From positions 33,170,001 through 33,234,000 of the forward strand of contig JAQFVV010000001.1 in the NCBI GenBank assembly GCA_028023455.1: a stretch of 64,000 bases of DNA. The letters run 5' to 3'. A program made the position numbers and the translations under genes. Origin of the DNA: Epiperipatus broadwayi (taxonomy: Eukaryota > Animalia > Onychophora). The first letter of the stretch is position 1, and each line of letters begins with the position of its first letter. Below the pieces are notes generated by a model, which was not told the DNA's origin, did no database searches, and saw only the letters and a list, made by a program, of their open reading frames with translations. Below are positions 26,422-40,185 of this stretch, piece after piece.

Positions 26422-28979
26422 CTCTAATGTGCAATCTGTTTAAAAAGATAAGCTCTGCTTATTTTTTATTTTATAATAAACAAGTTAAACATGAAAATTT
26501 CACATTATATATTTCAATTAATCATAATTATTAATTACATATGTTAATACTTATAAGTATTGCATAAAGCTATGTGTATATGAAATAAATTTCTGTGAAA
26601 CAATTGTTTATTAATATAATATAATTTGAATTATTTTCTCTATAATCATGCACTATGTAAAAAAAGAACTAATAGCAAATTTGTCAAAATATCTTCATGA
26701 TTAATTATAATTTTTTTTTTGTTTCTGTTCTCTATATATCCTATTTACTATATATACAATTCTCATACTAATAATCTGTTTCCTATATTATATTCTATTT
26801 ACTATATATATACACAATTCTCTTGATAATAAAATTATTGCTATTGTAATGTATCTTCTCATAGAATTCTTTTCATAGAATTACCTAGTAAGTATAGATA
26901 TGGCAAAGTGTAGATGCCATAAATGGTAAAATAAGAATCTATTTTTAGAAGAGATATTTTTCTTATCATTGTTATTTTTTATTTTCTTTTGTTTTTTTCT
27001 GTTTTGGTTATTTTTTTTTTTACTATTGTATTAATTACCATTTATTTTAGGTATCAGTGCTATAATATGATGTTGATACCAGTTGATTAGAATAATTTCA
27101 TCTGGTAGAAATAAAACAAAAACTTTTCTAAATAAAAACAAGTTTGTGACTGTTAAAAATCTGTTGATTGGTTCCATTCCTATAATCAACAAGTTTACCA
27201 TATCTAATGGTAATGATATTATTTACTAAAAAAATTTTTATTATCAGTATTATGATATCATTAATAATGTTACTTTTAAAGATATTTTTTGTGGAGGCTT
27301 TTTCTTTATACTAATATTAATCTATTATATATATGTGAATGAATACATATATATCTGTACTTAATTAAAACTTGCATTAAATTTCAATTTTATATTAACC
27401 TATTGATTTCTATATGTCATTTTGTGTTTTTTTTTTGTGCATTTGAAGATGCAATTTTCACTAACATTAGATTACATAATAATAAAGATAAAATAATTTA
27501 TAAAGCTAACATACCATTAAAAAAACAATAAAACTGAAAAATATAATCATAAAATTAAAAATAAGCCAATTCATAAATTATGAATTTGCATTTAATTTTA
27601 AAATAGGACATTTATTTTTAAATTATTCTAATGATAAGTTTTTTTTTTTTTTTTTTGGTGGATATCTGAACATTTCATTGCTTCATTTTGAAGTCTTTAA
27701 GTTGAAGATAGTTGTTTAGGGAATGGGGATTCGTCATTATGCAATAATTGCTTTTAAGTATTTAATAATAACATTGATACATTGACAAATATAAAAGGGC
27801 AAATGTACATAAACTAAATTTGCCAATTTATACAAACATACATACAAATTACATGCAGATTCACATATATATATAGATGTGACATAATTTTTACAAATTG
27901 ATATTATAAAATGTAATTATTAATATTGTACTGATAACATTTTATTTTTATAATTAATAGTAATTTTACTTTCTGAAAAATATTAAGACAATTTATTTTA
28001 ATTATTCATACTGTATTTACCATTAAAATACTTATCAATTTATTTTAAAATCTCCCATACATGAATTCTCTTTTTTTCTACATTTTTTTTTTTTTTTTAA
28101 CTATAACTTTTATGCAAAAATTGTTAAGGACCACAACTATATATTGTAAAGCTATTTCAAGGAAAGTATATTATCTAGAAAATGACACCATACAAATGCA
28201 TATTGTCTAGCCTTTTCCCACTATGCTTTCTGATAATAAATTCGTTTAACTTTGACTTCTAATGAACAGATTAAATCATGTATAAGATATGCTAAAGTTT
28301 TTGAATAATACAATTATTGTTACATAATAGTGGCATTCTTTTTATTTAGTTATAATATTGAATTATACATATTAATTCATCTATATCTGTGTGATTTAGT
28401 TAAGTGATAAGTGAAACAAAATATGTATTTAAATCAGGCACATAAATCCTAATGCATAAATATATGACCCACATATATATTATGTATAATATACACATTT
28501 GTGTATATTAATATATACGGGCAGTTAAAGAGAAAATTAAAATTCACAAAATACTTATTAATAATAAGTAATTGCAACTAGTTATCATTTTTAAATGCAA
28601 TATCTTTATTTAATTTACATCTGATGTCACTTAAGAAAGGAAGAACAGTATTTTTAAATAAGAAAATTTATTTATTTATAATAGATTCAGAATTTGTAGA
28701 TTATTTGATATTTTAGTTTAAATAAAACTTTCAAGAAATACATGAGGATCAACATTAACTTCTGATTTGGTACAATTTTTTTTTTTTTTTAGATAATTTC
28801 AGTAAAATCAATTATTGCTTTTTAAAATTTTGTTCTTATATATTGGCCAAATAAAAATATATTAATGTAGCATATTTTTATTATATATTCTTTCAGACAG
28901 TTGATTTTTATAATAAAAATATTCACAAAAATGTATTATACCAATATGGATTTATAATCAGTAAATACCCATAAATAAT

Positions 28980-29900
28980 AAATAATAAAGATGTTCTTAA
29001 GGCCCTTAAATCTATCAAATGTAATGCTTTTGATATTGATGGACGTTCATTTATTATATTAAATTTATACTTATTTTCTATTATGTTGGAAGCTTGTATT
29101 GTTAAAGCCTATTCACAAGAAATTTTTTTTCAGATTATTGGCCTGTTTTTCCCGTTTTATCTAAATTATTTTTAATAATTATTTATAATCAAATTAATTC
29201 ATTTTTTAAAAATTATCTGATTCACCTTTAATAACTGAATATATCTTCTCAGGGTTCAGTTAGTGATCCTCATTTGTATATTATCACATCAGATTTCATA
29301 TCTTGTTTGAATTTTTCTATTTCTCATAGTTTTGCTTATGATATTCAGCTTTATTTGGATTTTGCACTGATTATTGTTCAGTGGGTTTGAGGAAGTAATA
29401 TTTAAAAAAATGCTTAAATTTGAATGTTTCTAAAACTACTGTTATTTTATTTGGTAGAATTGAGAATGTAGTTTTAGATATAAAGTTGGAAGGTTAATTT
29501 TTATTTATTATTCAGAGTTGTAAGAGTTTTCGCTTAATCTTGGATTTGTAGTTGAATATTCAAAATAACATTGGCAAATCAGCTTGGCCCATACCAGATT
29601 GCAAAAACTATCCACTTTAAATTTCTTTCTAGTTATATAAAACTTCTATTGCCTGATACTTAAGTTTTGGCTTTAATTATTGCAACTTTGGATATGATCT
29701 ACACTTGAACATTTTTGACTGTTTGACTATTCAAAAAGTTCAAGGTGGATGTTTCAGATATAGTTATGGTTCGCATAAGTTCTCTTGCGTAACCCACTAA
29801 TTCATTTAAGAAAAATTGGTTTAAGATGGAACGGCACAGCTTTCTCATTTGACTTAAAACTTGAATGAAGATAATAGCTGCTGTACTTCCAAACAAATTT
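28980..29900 (-). mobile_element. Possible ancient LINE RT remnant
   Basis: Coding-like composition with degenerate pieces (QSGMGQADLPMLF*IFN, LNPEKIY); not firmly assignable. Confidence 0.25.
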
Positions 29901-31252
29901 TTGATGTAGACAAAATAGAATTATTGGAAATCAAATACCCACACTTAACATTTTACAAAAAAAAAAAAAAAAAACTGTTTAAATATGCCATTTATAAATA
30001 AAGAACTGCAAAAAATAGATCAAATAACAACTAATGAATTAAAAACCGAGGAAGTTGATGGGAATATACCTCAAACAAAAGTACAGCTGATTATTTTTAG
30101 ATGCATTAATTTATTAATTAAGGAAAATGGAAAAAACAATTTATAAAGGATTTTTTTTTGATTACTATAAAGATAAAAATAAGTTTAATTTAGAATATAT
30201 TGCAAATGATTGAATATAAAATAGGTGTTTATTTATTTATGCTTCCAACACTATATGAATGCTTTAAAACAAGAATGTTAATGGATATATTGTTGAATTT
30301 ATCAAAATCAAGAATGCCAGTTGAATGATTTACATCTGTATTTTTTTAATATTTTCCATTATAATTAGCTGCAGTTTTTCTATATTTATCATTTAACATT
30401 TCTATTGTGCAAGATTATCTTTTACTATCACAAAAATACATTTTAATTTCGTGAATCCCATGTTTGCCCTATTGTTTTTTTTAAAAAATATTTGGTTGAA
30501 AATACAATTTTCACAATGTCATTTTATGCAAAAATAAAACTATGTTGGTTAAGGTGGCATGATAAAATTTATCATAAAATAAAATATAAATTTATTTTAA
30601 ATATATTTAACATTTTTAAAGTTACTAGTTTTTGTATTTTTTAGAAATTGCAAATTTTGGTAGATAAATTTTAAAATTGAACTTCTGCTAACATGCTTGT
30701 TAAGTTTCTCATAAAATTATATTTAAAATGATGTATGAATATTCATTGCCTTTGATATTTTATGCCATCACTAATCTAAAAATAAAGCACATTCTCTAAT
30801 CACTTGTTTTGAAAAAATATCTGATATCTAAGATATATTGCATCTTCAAATAAGAAATTATTGCATGTGTACTAAAAATACCGTTGATAAATCATAATTT
30901 TTAGGAGTAAATGTATACAATTCAAATGTATAAATATATTAACCCTCTCACACACACACATATGAGTAAATGCTTGCACAGACTTCGCATAATTGAGTTT
31001 AATTTATAATAGCAATTTTTATCTACTAAAATGTAATTTTAAAGTAATAAGATCATGTACAACATACATTTTCAAGTATAAACATATTAAGCCAATAAAC
31101 ATCACATGATCACCATTTCTTATACTTGCTTAGAACTTATTAAAACAGGCAAAACTCACTATATGTATTGTCACTCACTGCCATCTAGAGTAATCTGTGG
31201 ATGCCAGAAGGCTTATGCATAAAATCCCCATCTAGTGCCTACTCTTCCAATA

Positions 31253-31294
31253 TCCCCAGACTAGTTTCTGTCTTGTGACCTTCGTCAGTGAGGG
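31253..31294 (-). ncRNA. Minimal hammerhead ribozyme motif (family A)
   Basis: CCCTCA-CTGACGA-AGGTCACAAGACA-GAAA-CTAG-TC-TGGGGA; palindromic stem III ACTAGT; stem II base is non-canonical. Confidence 0.65.
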
Positions 31295-31643
31295 GCCTTA
31301 TATCTGAGAGCACCACACCTAGATCTTAGGGACTAATGCAACCCTCCAGCAGCCACCTTTTATCTTTTCTTAACTACAAAACTACCAATCTTAAATTGAA
31401 AACACCTTAATATTTTCAATCCAAACTCATTAGCTTATATAGTCATATAGGTCTGAACTTAGTTCAGTACCCATACATTTTGGTGTCTTTGGTTCTTTAA
31501 TAACCATAGCCACCACTATCCTATTAGGCAGGATTGGTTTTAAGCCAATAAACATCACATGATTACCATTTCTTATGCTTGCTTATAACTTATTAAAACA
31601 GGCAAAACTCACTATACGTATTGCCACTCACTATAAGCTAGAG

Positions 31644-34193
31644 CAGAGGTCGCCAAAGTGGTCTATATAGACCCCCAGGGGTCTATTTAACAAAAGTAGG
31701 GGTCGGTATGAGCCAGGAGGTCGATTGGGGGTCTAAGGAAAAACAATTTTTAATATGCAAATCACATATACCTAGCTGCGTATGTAAAATTTGTGAATGT
31801 TTTTATAATTGACTTAATATCAGTTTCTTTATAGAAAATAAATTAATAAACGTATATTTATTCGGGTGAAACAAGTATTTACATACCAGCACGCAGCGGC
31901 ACGAACTCTGTACTTCTGCTTATGAGTCATATGCATATGTGCGCTTGTGCAAATGTCACGATCATTGATGTTACAAACGCAAATATCATACGCAGTTTCA
32001 GCCATCTTTGCAAAGTGTGAACAGTGTTAAATATTTGCAGTGTCATTATTACTACTTTTATAGTATTGGATAATTAGTTATAGTTTCTATAAAACTATTT
32101 GTTTAGTTTAGATATCAATTTTAATTATCAATACATGTAAAAAAGAAGTTAAGTATTAATAATATGGATTAGTATAGTATACCAACTTATTTTTGACTTA
32201 TTTATAGAACCCTTTTTAAAAAATGGCAGCTTCACTTTCTAAAAAGAAATGTCAGTATTATTCGTTGGATTATTTGAAATTTGGATTTATTTGTTCACCG
32301 ACAAATGAAACGATCATCTTGAAAGGGTTCATTCAGATAAAAAAAATAAAGAACATGAATTTTTCAAAAAACTTAAAGAAAAAGTCACATATCGACTAAC
32401 TATAAAAAGTTTTATGAAGCAGTCTACTGAAGTTGAAACTGAAGGAGGAGTAATAGCTTCATACAAGATTTCGCTTAATATAGCAAAGAGGGGAAAACCA
32501 CACACACTCGCTGAAGAAATTGTTATACCTGCAATTAAAGACATCATTGAGAATGTAATGAAAAAAGACTCCGTTAATTGTTTAAAATCCTTGCCATTAA
32601 GTGCAAATTCTGTAAAACGGCGTATTGACGAAATGGCAGAAGAAATAGAAAATACGGTAGTTTCGGAGCTAAAAAATTGCAAGTTTTCTATTCAACTTGA
32701 TGAATCTGTTTTTGGCATTTCTGCTATTCTTATGGTGTACATTAGATATTTCATTAAATTGGAAGGACAAGTCATTGATGAATTTTTATTTGCTAAATAT
32801 CTTGAAACTGATGCAAAAGGAGTGACAATTTTTAAATGTTTGCAAGAATATTTAAATAAATATGATATTCCGCTTGAAAATATAATAGCAGTAGCCACAG
32901 ATGGCGCACCTGCTATGGTAGGGCATTACCGAGGTTTTGCTACATTTCTCAAAGAAAAAGTGCCTGGTATACGTACTATTCATTGTGTGTTGCATAGAAA
33001 CAACTTAGTAGCAAAATATCTGAGTCCAGAGTTACATAAAGCTTTACAGTTTTGTATTAAGTGTATCAATCAAATTAAAGCCCAACCTTTTAAATCAAGA
33101 TTATTTTCCAAACTTTGTGAGGAAAATGACGAAGTATTTAACCAATTACTTCTGCACACCGAAGTTAGATGGTTGTCTAGAGGTGTATGCTTGCAACAGC
33201 TCGTTGAGTTATTTGACTCCACGACCGAATTTCTCAGCAAAATAAATCCTGTTCTGAGTGATGAACTCCAAAACAATAAGAAACATATTTAGCGGACTTA
33301 TTTGGAAAATTTAATGACGTCCAAACAAAGCTGCAAGGAAAAGATGTAACAATTATCCAAGCTTGGACAATACTGTTAGGTTTCTAAGTAAAATTAAATT
33401 TATTTACATCTTTATTGCTACGTAAGGATTATCAGTATTTTTCAAATCTGCAACAATTAGAAATAAAAGAAGACTTGACAATATATACAAGTCATCTTCA
33501 AAAATTAAGCGACGATTTTAAACTGTGCTTTGTTGATTTGGAAAACATTGACATCCCTGAATGGATTATTGCGCCATTTTCCGCTCAAATTGAAAACGTG
33601 GACATCAACCTGCAAGATGAGCTTGCTGAATTATTATCAGATCTTGAAGCACAGACACTTCTTAAAAATTTAAAAATAAGCAAATTTTGGACAAATATAA
33701 ATATAATGCAAAAATACGTAAAACTTTACGAAATAGCTCAGCCATTTATGTTGGCGTTTCCAAGTTCCTATATGGTTGAAACCGGTTTCAGTCATGTAAA
33801 TTCAATCTTAACTAAGTACAGAAATAAATTAAATGTGGAGTTTCGAGGGGATTTAAGATTAAAATTGACCAATTTCGAACCCAATATAGCGAACCTTGCA
33901 AAAAAACACCAGGCACACCCATCTCATTAATTAAGAAGCAATACTGTAGTTATTTTACTTATTTATAATTACTTATTATTTAATAAATATTAAGGTATTT
34001 AAATTTCAACATTAAGATATTTTTCATAAAACTATTGTTACACAATGTAAAATTACTTTAATAAATGTACAAACACAGTAGTACCTAATAGATAGTTTTA
34101 TTTTAATTAACTGAACATTACTTTTATGGGGGTCGATGGAGATTTGGTAAAATTATATAGGGGTCTATGATCAAAAAAGTTTGGTGACCCCTG
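31644..34193 (+). mobile_element. hAT (Buster group, ZBED5/ZBED8/FAM200-like) transposon nested in the hammerhead repeat
   Basis: TIRs CAGAGGTCGCCAAAGT / AGTTTGGTGACCCCTG; TSD AGCTAGAG / AACTAGAG. Removing the element restores the repeat sequence ...GCTAGAGTAATCAATGG. Confidence 0.95.
32223..33930 (+). pseudogene. Buster-type transposase, lightly disrupted
   Basis: ORFs 32414-33292 (GKPHTLAEE, FSIQLDES, ATDGAPAM, IHCVLHR, LHTEVRWLSRG) and 33415-33930 (FPSSYMVETGFS...QAHPSH*). Lesions: frameshift near 33290, stop near 33388 and an N-terminal deletion in the zinc-finger region. Confidence 0.92.
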
Positions 34194-34263
34194 AACTAGA
34201 GTAATCAATGGCTGCCAGAAGGCTTGTGCATAAAATCGCCATCTAGTGCCTACTCATCCAACA

Positions 34264-34305
34264 TCCACAGATTAGTTTCTGGCTTATGGCCTTCATCAGT
34301 AAGGA
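34264..34305 (-). ncRNA. Degenerate hammerhead motif (family A)
   Basis: TCCTTA-CTGATGA-AGGCCATAAGCCA-GAAA-CTAA-TC-TGTGGA; mismatches in stems I and III. Confidence 0.5.
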
Positions 34306-34700
34306 GCCTTGGATCTGAGAGCACTGCATCTAGATCTGGCATTCATTGATTACTCTAGCTTGCAGTGAGTAGCAATACATATAGTGAGTTTTGCCTGTTT
34401 TAATAAGTTATAAGCAAGCTTAAGAAATAGTGATCATGTGATGTTTATTAGCTTAAAACCAATCTTGCCTAATAGGATAGTGGTGGCTATGGTTATTAAA
34501 GGACCAAAGACACCAAAATGTATGGGTACTGAACTGAGTTCAGACCTATATGACTATATAAGCTAATGACCTTGGATTGAAAATATTAAGATGTTTTCAA
34601 TTTAAGACTCATAGTTTTATAATTAAGTAGAGATGAAAGATGGTGCTGGAAGGTTGCATTAGATCCTAAGATCTACGTTCAGTGCTTTCAGATCCAAGGC

Positions 34701-34742
34701 TCCTCACTGACGAAGGCCACAAGCCAGAAACTAGTCTGGGGA
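34701..34742 (+). ncRNA. Minimal hammerhead ribozyme motif (family A)
   Basis: TCCTCA-CTGACGA-A-GGC-CACAA-GCC-A-GAAA-CTAG-TC^TGGGGA; stem I TCCTCA/TGGGGA; predicted cleavage after 34736. Confidence 0.7.
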
Positions 34743-36284
34743 TGTTGGATGAGTAGGCACTAGATGGGGATTTTATGCACTAGCCTTCTGGCATCCATTG
34801 ATTACTCTAGCTTGCAGTGAGTGGCAAAATGTATAGTGAGTTTTGCCTGTTTTATAAACATATTGGATGCAATTTATGTAATGTACATAGATACAAAAGA
34901 TAAATATTGGCTATTTATCAATAAATTTGTATAAGTATTGGGAGCAAATATCAATTTATGCATGCATATTAACACACATAAAAGATACACAGGCAAACTT
35001 TATTTTTATTTTGTAATCTACCATGTAATTTTTTTTTTATGGGTCATATATATTATAATCATAATTAAAAATAATTTATCCTAAAAATTGAATAATAAAT
35101 ACATCATGTAAGTTTTATAATTAAAATAAAATTTTAAAATAGATTGATACATCATTAAAATTCATTTCAATTTTGCATTGTGAATAATCATAATTTTTAT
35201 TTTTAAAATATGAAGAGTTGAATTATTGTATATTAATAAATATATTAAAATTTTTGAAAATCTGTCAATTTTTGCCATTTTGAAAATTAGGGATAGTTGG
35301 AAAAATAATTTCACATAGAATTGAATGATGTATGGTCTAGTAGATTTATTTACATTCTTTTTCTATAAAAAAATACTTCAATTAATTTTTTTAATACTTG
35401 CTGATTTTATGACATTTTTATTAGTAATTTTATTTTATTATTGTTAGGAATAAATTTGAGATTTGGAGATATCCCTACTAGATGTGTGTAATTGATTCCA
35501 GTATGGGCATTTTTTAGATTGCCAAATATTTAGTTATACACAATTGTTTTGCTATCCTATACACCTGCTTAACACCTGAGGTTTATATGAAGATTCACAA
35601 TAGTAATCCTAAATGATCATTTAAAAAAAAATTTTGATGATCATTTTTTAAAATGTGGCCATTTTGAAAATCTGATGAAGTCATAGGATAGTTATTGATA
35701 CTGTCATCCAAAAGCAAAATAGCAATGTTAGTGCTGTCTACAATATTATGATTTACAAACTTAAAATAAGGTTAATGAATGTACAGTACAGTAATTTAAT
35801 TTTCATCCAGCATCTTTGCAAGACAATCAGTTCTTTATTAATATTATATCCAAAGTAAAGATTTTAATTATTAATAATTACCCCCCCCCCCCCCTCAATG
35901 ATTCAGTATAATAAATAATCAAAATTATATTTTAATGACATTTAACAACCAAATGCATTAATACTGTATTAAATTTTAAAATGTGTAAATTAGTTTAAAA
36001 ACTGTATACTTATTTTTATTAATAATACTTTGTGGCAAATATTATGATCATTGTATTGCAATTTAATTATCATAATTATTTTTGGAGAAAAAAATGATTT
36101 CATAATAGTGAACTTTCTATGATCAAAAATTACTAAATCTAAATTAAAAATAATCTATTATTTGCTTGATTTTAAAATATGTCATAACGTTGTCATACAT
36201 GTATAAAATGTAGAAATGAAAATTTTATTGAGCATAAAACTGTTAACATAAAATGTATTTTCACTTTTTAAAAAAACCTGAGAG

Positions 36285-36451
36285 AAATTGCATACAAATA
36301 AACTGAAAAAAGATTCAAACCTTTAAATTATATAATAGTTTTTATCTCTGCCTTCAAAAGTTGCAAACTTGAAAAAAAATTGCATACAAATAAACTGAAA
36401 ACGATTCATATCTTTAAATTATATAATAGTTCATATCTCTGCCTTCAAAAG
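36285..36451. repeat. Tandem duplication, ~92-bp period
   Basis: Two copies of aaattgcatacaaataaactgaaaa...atctctgccttcaaaag. Confidence 0.8.
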
Positions 36452-39400
36452 TATGGCATTAATCAAAAAATTTTGTCATTTCAAAGAAAATGAGCTAAAA
36501 TGTTACATCTTGTGGCAAAAAAAAAAAAAAAAAGCCATAGCTAGCTTATTTATATATAAATTGCTATTTATGTAAGTCTGCCTAGTATATATTGTAAAAA
36601 AAAAAAAAAAGCTTAAATGTAATGGTATATGGTATACATATATGCTGTTACGTCACTTTCAAATAAAAGTAGAAAAGATCTTTAAATAAAATCATCCTTA
36701 AATAGAAATATATAAAAAAAGGAAAAATGGAATAACATTTTTATTTGAATTAATATATATATATAATGCACAGATGGCAAACTAATTATATAATTGTTTA
36801 AAGTTTATTTTAATGTAATAGAAAATAATAATTATTTTCTTTTTTAAGTTATTTTAATCTTGGTAGAATGGAAATGATTTTCTATAATGATGTAATAGTA
36901 AATAGGCCCTTAGGCATTTAACCGATTGTAAGTCAGATAGATCAATTAAAAAATACTAGTGATAAAATTTTGAGTTTCTGTGCTAAAGAAAGCTGGCCAA
37001 TAATGATGGAATGAATACACGTTCCACAGAGGAAAAAAAAATGTCTTCGCCAAAAAGAACAGCGCCAAGCCAGGCAAGATCAATCCTGGAATTTGATGAT
37101 TAAAAATTCAAAATATTATAAAAGGGAAGAAAAGAAAATGTTAGTTACATGGGATTGATCTTGCTAATTGCATGTGATTGCGGATCTCCAAAATGCAGGG
37201 GTCATGCAATAAATTATGGTTCTCATATTTGCACCGAGGCAGTCTTCAGAATGATGGTTACCGGAATGCTGCAAATGACGGACTTGTCATCATGAGAACA
37301 ATATTAATATGAGATGGAAGGATCTTGAATGGAGTTGTGTGATGCATCAAGGACTGCAAAGTGAGAATCCAAAAATTTGACGGCATAGAAAGTATGAACT
37401 TTTGTTTTAAATTAAATATAAACTTTAATTATATAATACAAACTTTTTCAAATATTAATTTTAAGCATCAATTAACTTTTAAAAGTAAAATTTTAAATTA
37501 TTTATTAGATTTATATGTTTGCTGCAATTTCCATTCTCATTAATTTCATTTAAATTAATAAATTTAAAATAGATGTAAATCACTGCATAGATTCATAAGA
37601 TTATGTTAGTTTAAGTTTGTTAATTTTGGGCTAATTAATTCGTAGTTGAGTTAGTGCTGGTGGATAGATGTACGGGTGTTTTATGTCAATGTAATCTGGG
37701 TAGGCACTTTGGATACCTGTTCCCTTGTGTCGCATTAGCATATAAGACATAATACCCACCTGAATGCATGGCCAAAATGGTAGCCATTGTGTTGTCTGTG
37801 GTCATAGACATGTTTCTTACGCTCTGGTTGGGACAATAAGCCGGCTAAGACTGCTGTCCCCATTTACAGAGCATCTCATATATATATTTATATATTTCAA
37901 ATGATTTCGTTTTGTATCATCAATTGGGCAGTGGATCGTTCCTGTCTGTTGAAATTTATTAATGATCATGGGGAAGATGTAAATTCCTGTCAGCATGATT
38001 GTGTTATGCTAATAATATCATTTTGCATTGGTTTAAATGTGAAATTTTAGTCTAAAGTTAAAAGGATTGGGTTAGTTATATGCATATTCTATGTATTGTA
38101 TTTATGCTTAACAAAATATTAAAATTGTATTAATTTACTATATGTACCCATCTTTGCATATAATGTAAATTAAATTTGTTCAGTTGCTAATTTAGTCATC
38201 AGATGTTTGTATTAATGTGTGTGTGTATGTGTGTAATAATAAATGTTTTAAGTAATTTTTGGCAGTAACTTATATATATTTTAAAGATCGAGAATTAGAG
38301 ATTTTAAATATATAGTGTGATATTTTAAGCTCAGCTTCTCCATGAGCTAGTGACTGGGGCTTTCGGTTAGATATATGTATCAGCCGCCTTTGTAACTTTT
38401 TATTTAATAAAGTATTTATAATTCTGTACAGATAGATTGCATTGCTTATTTTAAACAATTATTTGGACATTGTAGGATGTGGAAATATTGGTATAGTATG
38501 TGAATGTTATTTCAACATTTATCAAAAAATAATTATATCGTTTTTGATTGTGTGGTATATGGTTAATATATAAAATATATAAATTAAAAGTAAATTAATT
38601 TTTTATTTATTATACAAAGATAATTTTTTTTCTTTCTTTAAGCTCTTAACAATGTCGAAACGAAAGTACATTTTAAAGTAAGACAAAACATAATGATAAA
38701 GTTGAATGCAAAATCTATAGATGAACATTTATTAGTATTGCATATGGCGAACGATTGGATAGTATACCATACATTTACTCAGGATTTTGGGTTCCATTTT
38801 CAAAAATATTGCTAATTATTTTGTAAAACCAAATAGCAGCAATGAAGGAAAAGTTATTACTATTGAAATAATTATGGTATTCATGTCAGAATGCTTCATC
38901 CTTTCAATTCTAAAGATTGTGGCAACAAACTATTTTCCTACAATATCTAAAATCACCATAAAATTTTTGATTGCTAGAATAAAGTCAATTATAAAAAGTA
39001 TATTAGTTCTGTATAGTGAGAAAAAAATGAATAAAAAGTGATTTAGAATTAGGATATGAATCTCAGTTGACATAAATTTAATGACAAAGCTGAAGAAAAT
39101 TTTCCTTTATATTCAATATTTTAGTAAGGGTAATGGTTTACAAATAAAATTATTACTTATATTTTTACAAAGTGAAATGTTAGATATAATATCACATTTC
39201 TGTTTGGAAATGTGAAAATATCATTCGATAGATATCATAAAATGTATTGCATTTTGTGGAGATAGTAAATCTGAATTTTGGAGGACAATTTGTCTAGAGA
39301 GAAATAATATCTTTGCAAAACTTAAATACTTCTATAACAATAGTAATAGTAACAAGTCAGATGTCACATGACTTATATATAGCTTGCACTTACAAATATG

Positions 39401-39510
39401 TAAAATTAAGAGCGTGCTAATAGCTCTAAACAAGCTTTTTTTTTTTTATTTATGATAAATGCTACTATAAGAGAAGGCATTCAAATCATTTTTATTTTAA
39501 ATGGTCCCCA

Positions 39511-39551
39511 TCCCCAGACCGGTTTCGACCTATGGGTCTCTTCAGTGAGGA
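39511..39551 (-). ncRNA. Minimal type I hammerhead ribozyme (family B)
   Basis: Exact reverse complement of 40186-40226. Confidence 0.85.
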
Positions 39552-40185
39552 GTTGGGACATTAGATCTAAAAAACCCAACTCAAGCAAAGCATTTATCTA
39601 AAAGATAATTGTTGGAAGAAGATCTGAAACTTTTAGACATCTACATGTCTTTAAAGTCAGCTCTCCAACTGAAAAAATCATATGGGACTGAACTTAATTC
39701 AGCTACTCCATATATTAGTAGGCTTAGCTCTTTAATTTAGCTAAAGCCACAACAGCAAAATAATAATAGTAACAAGTCAGATGTCACATGACTTATATAT
39801 AGCTTGCACTTACAAATATGTAAAATTAAGAGCGTGCTAATAGCTCTAAAGCATTTATCATAAATATAAAAAAAAGCTTGTTTAGAGCTATTAGCACGCT
39901 CTTAATTTTACATATTTGTAAGTGCAAGCTATATATAAGTCATGTGACATCTGACTTGTTACTATTACTATTATTATTTTGCTGTTGTGGCTTTAGCTAA
40001 ATTAAAGAGCTAAGCCTACTAATATATGGAGTATCTGAATTAAGTTCAGTCCCATATGATTTTTTCAGTTGGAGAGCTGACTTTAAAGACATGTAGATGT
40101 CTAAAAGTTTCAGATCTTCTTCTAACAATTATCTTTTAGATAAATGCTTTGCTTGAGTTGGGTTTTTTAGATCTAACGTCCCAAC

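Larger units (their letters stand above)
31089..34852. mobile_element. Hammerhead-repeat family A insertion: ~453-bp monomers in tandem and inverted arrangement, interrupted by a hAT
   Basis: TSD TATAAACATATT at 31077-31088 and 34853-34864. Left arm (31089-31643 plus 34194-~34330) is ~1.5 monomers in minus orientation; right arm (~34335-34852) is ~1.1 monomers in plus orientation. Periods are 453 and 452 bp. No ORF. Confidence 0.9.

Noticed and set aside
38330-38400. Possible additional hammerhead on the minus strand (CTGATAC...GAAAGC...GTC)
   Set aside because: It lacks the CUGANGA core and has no stem II or III pairing.
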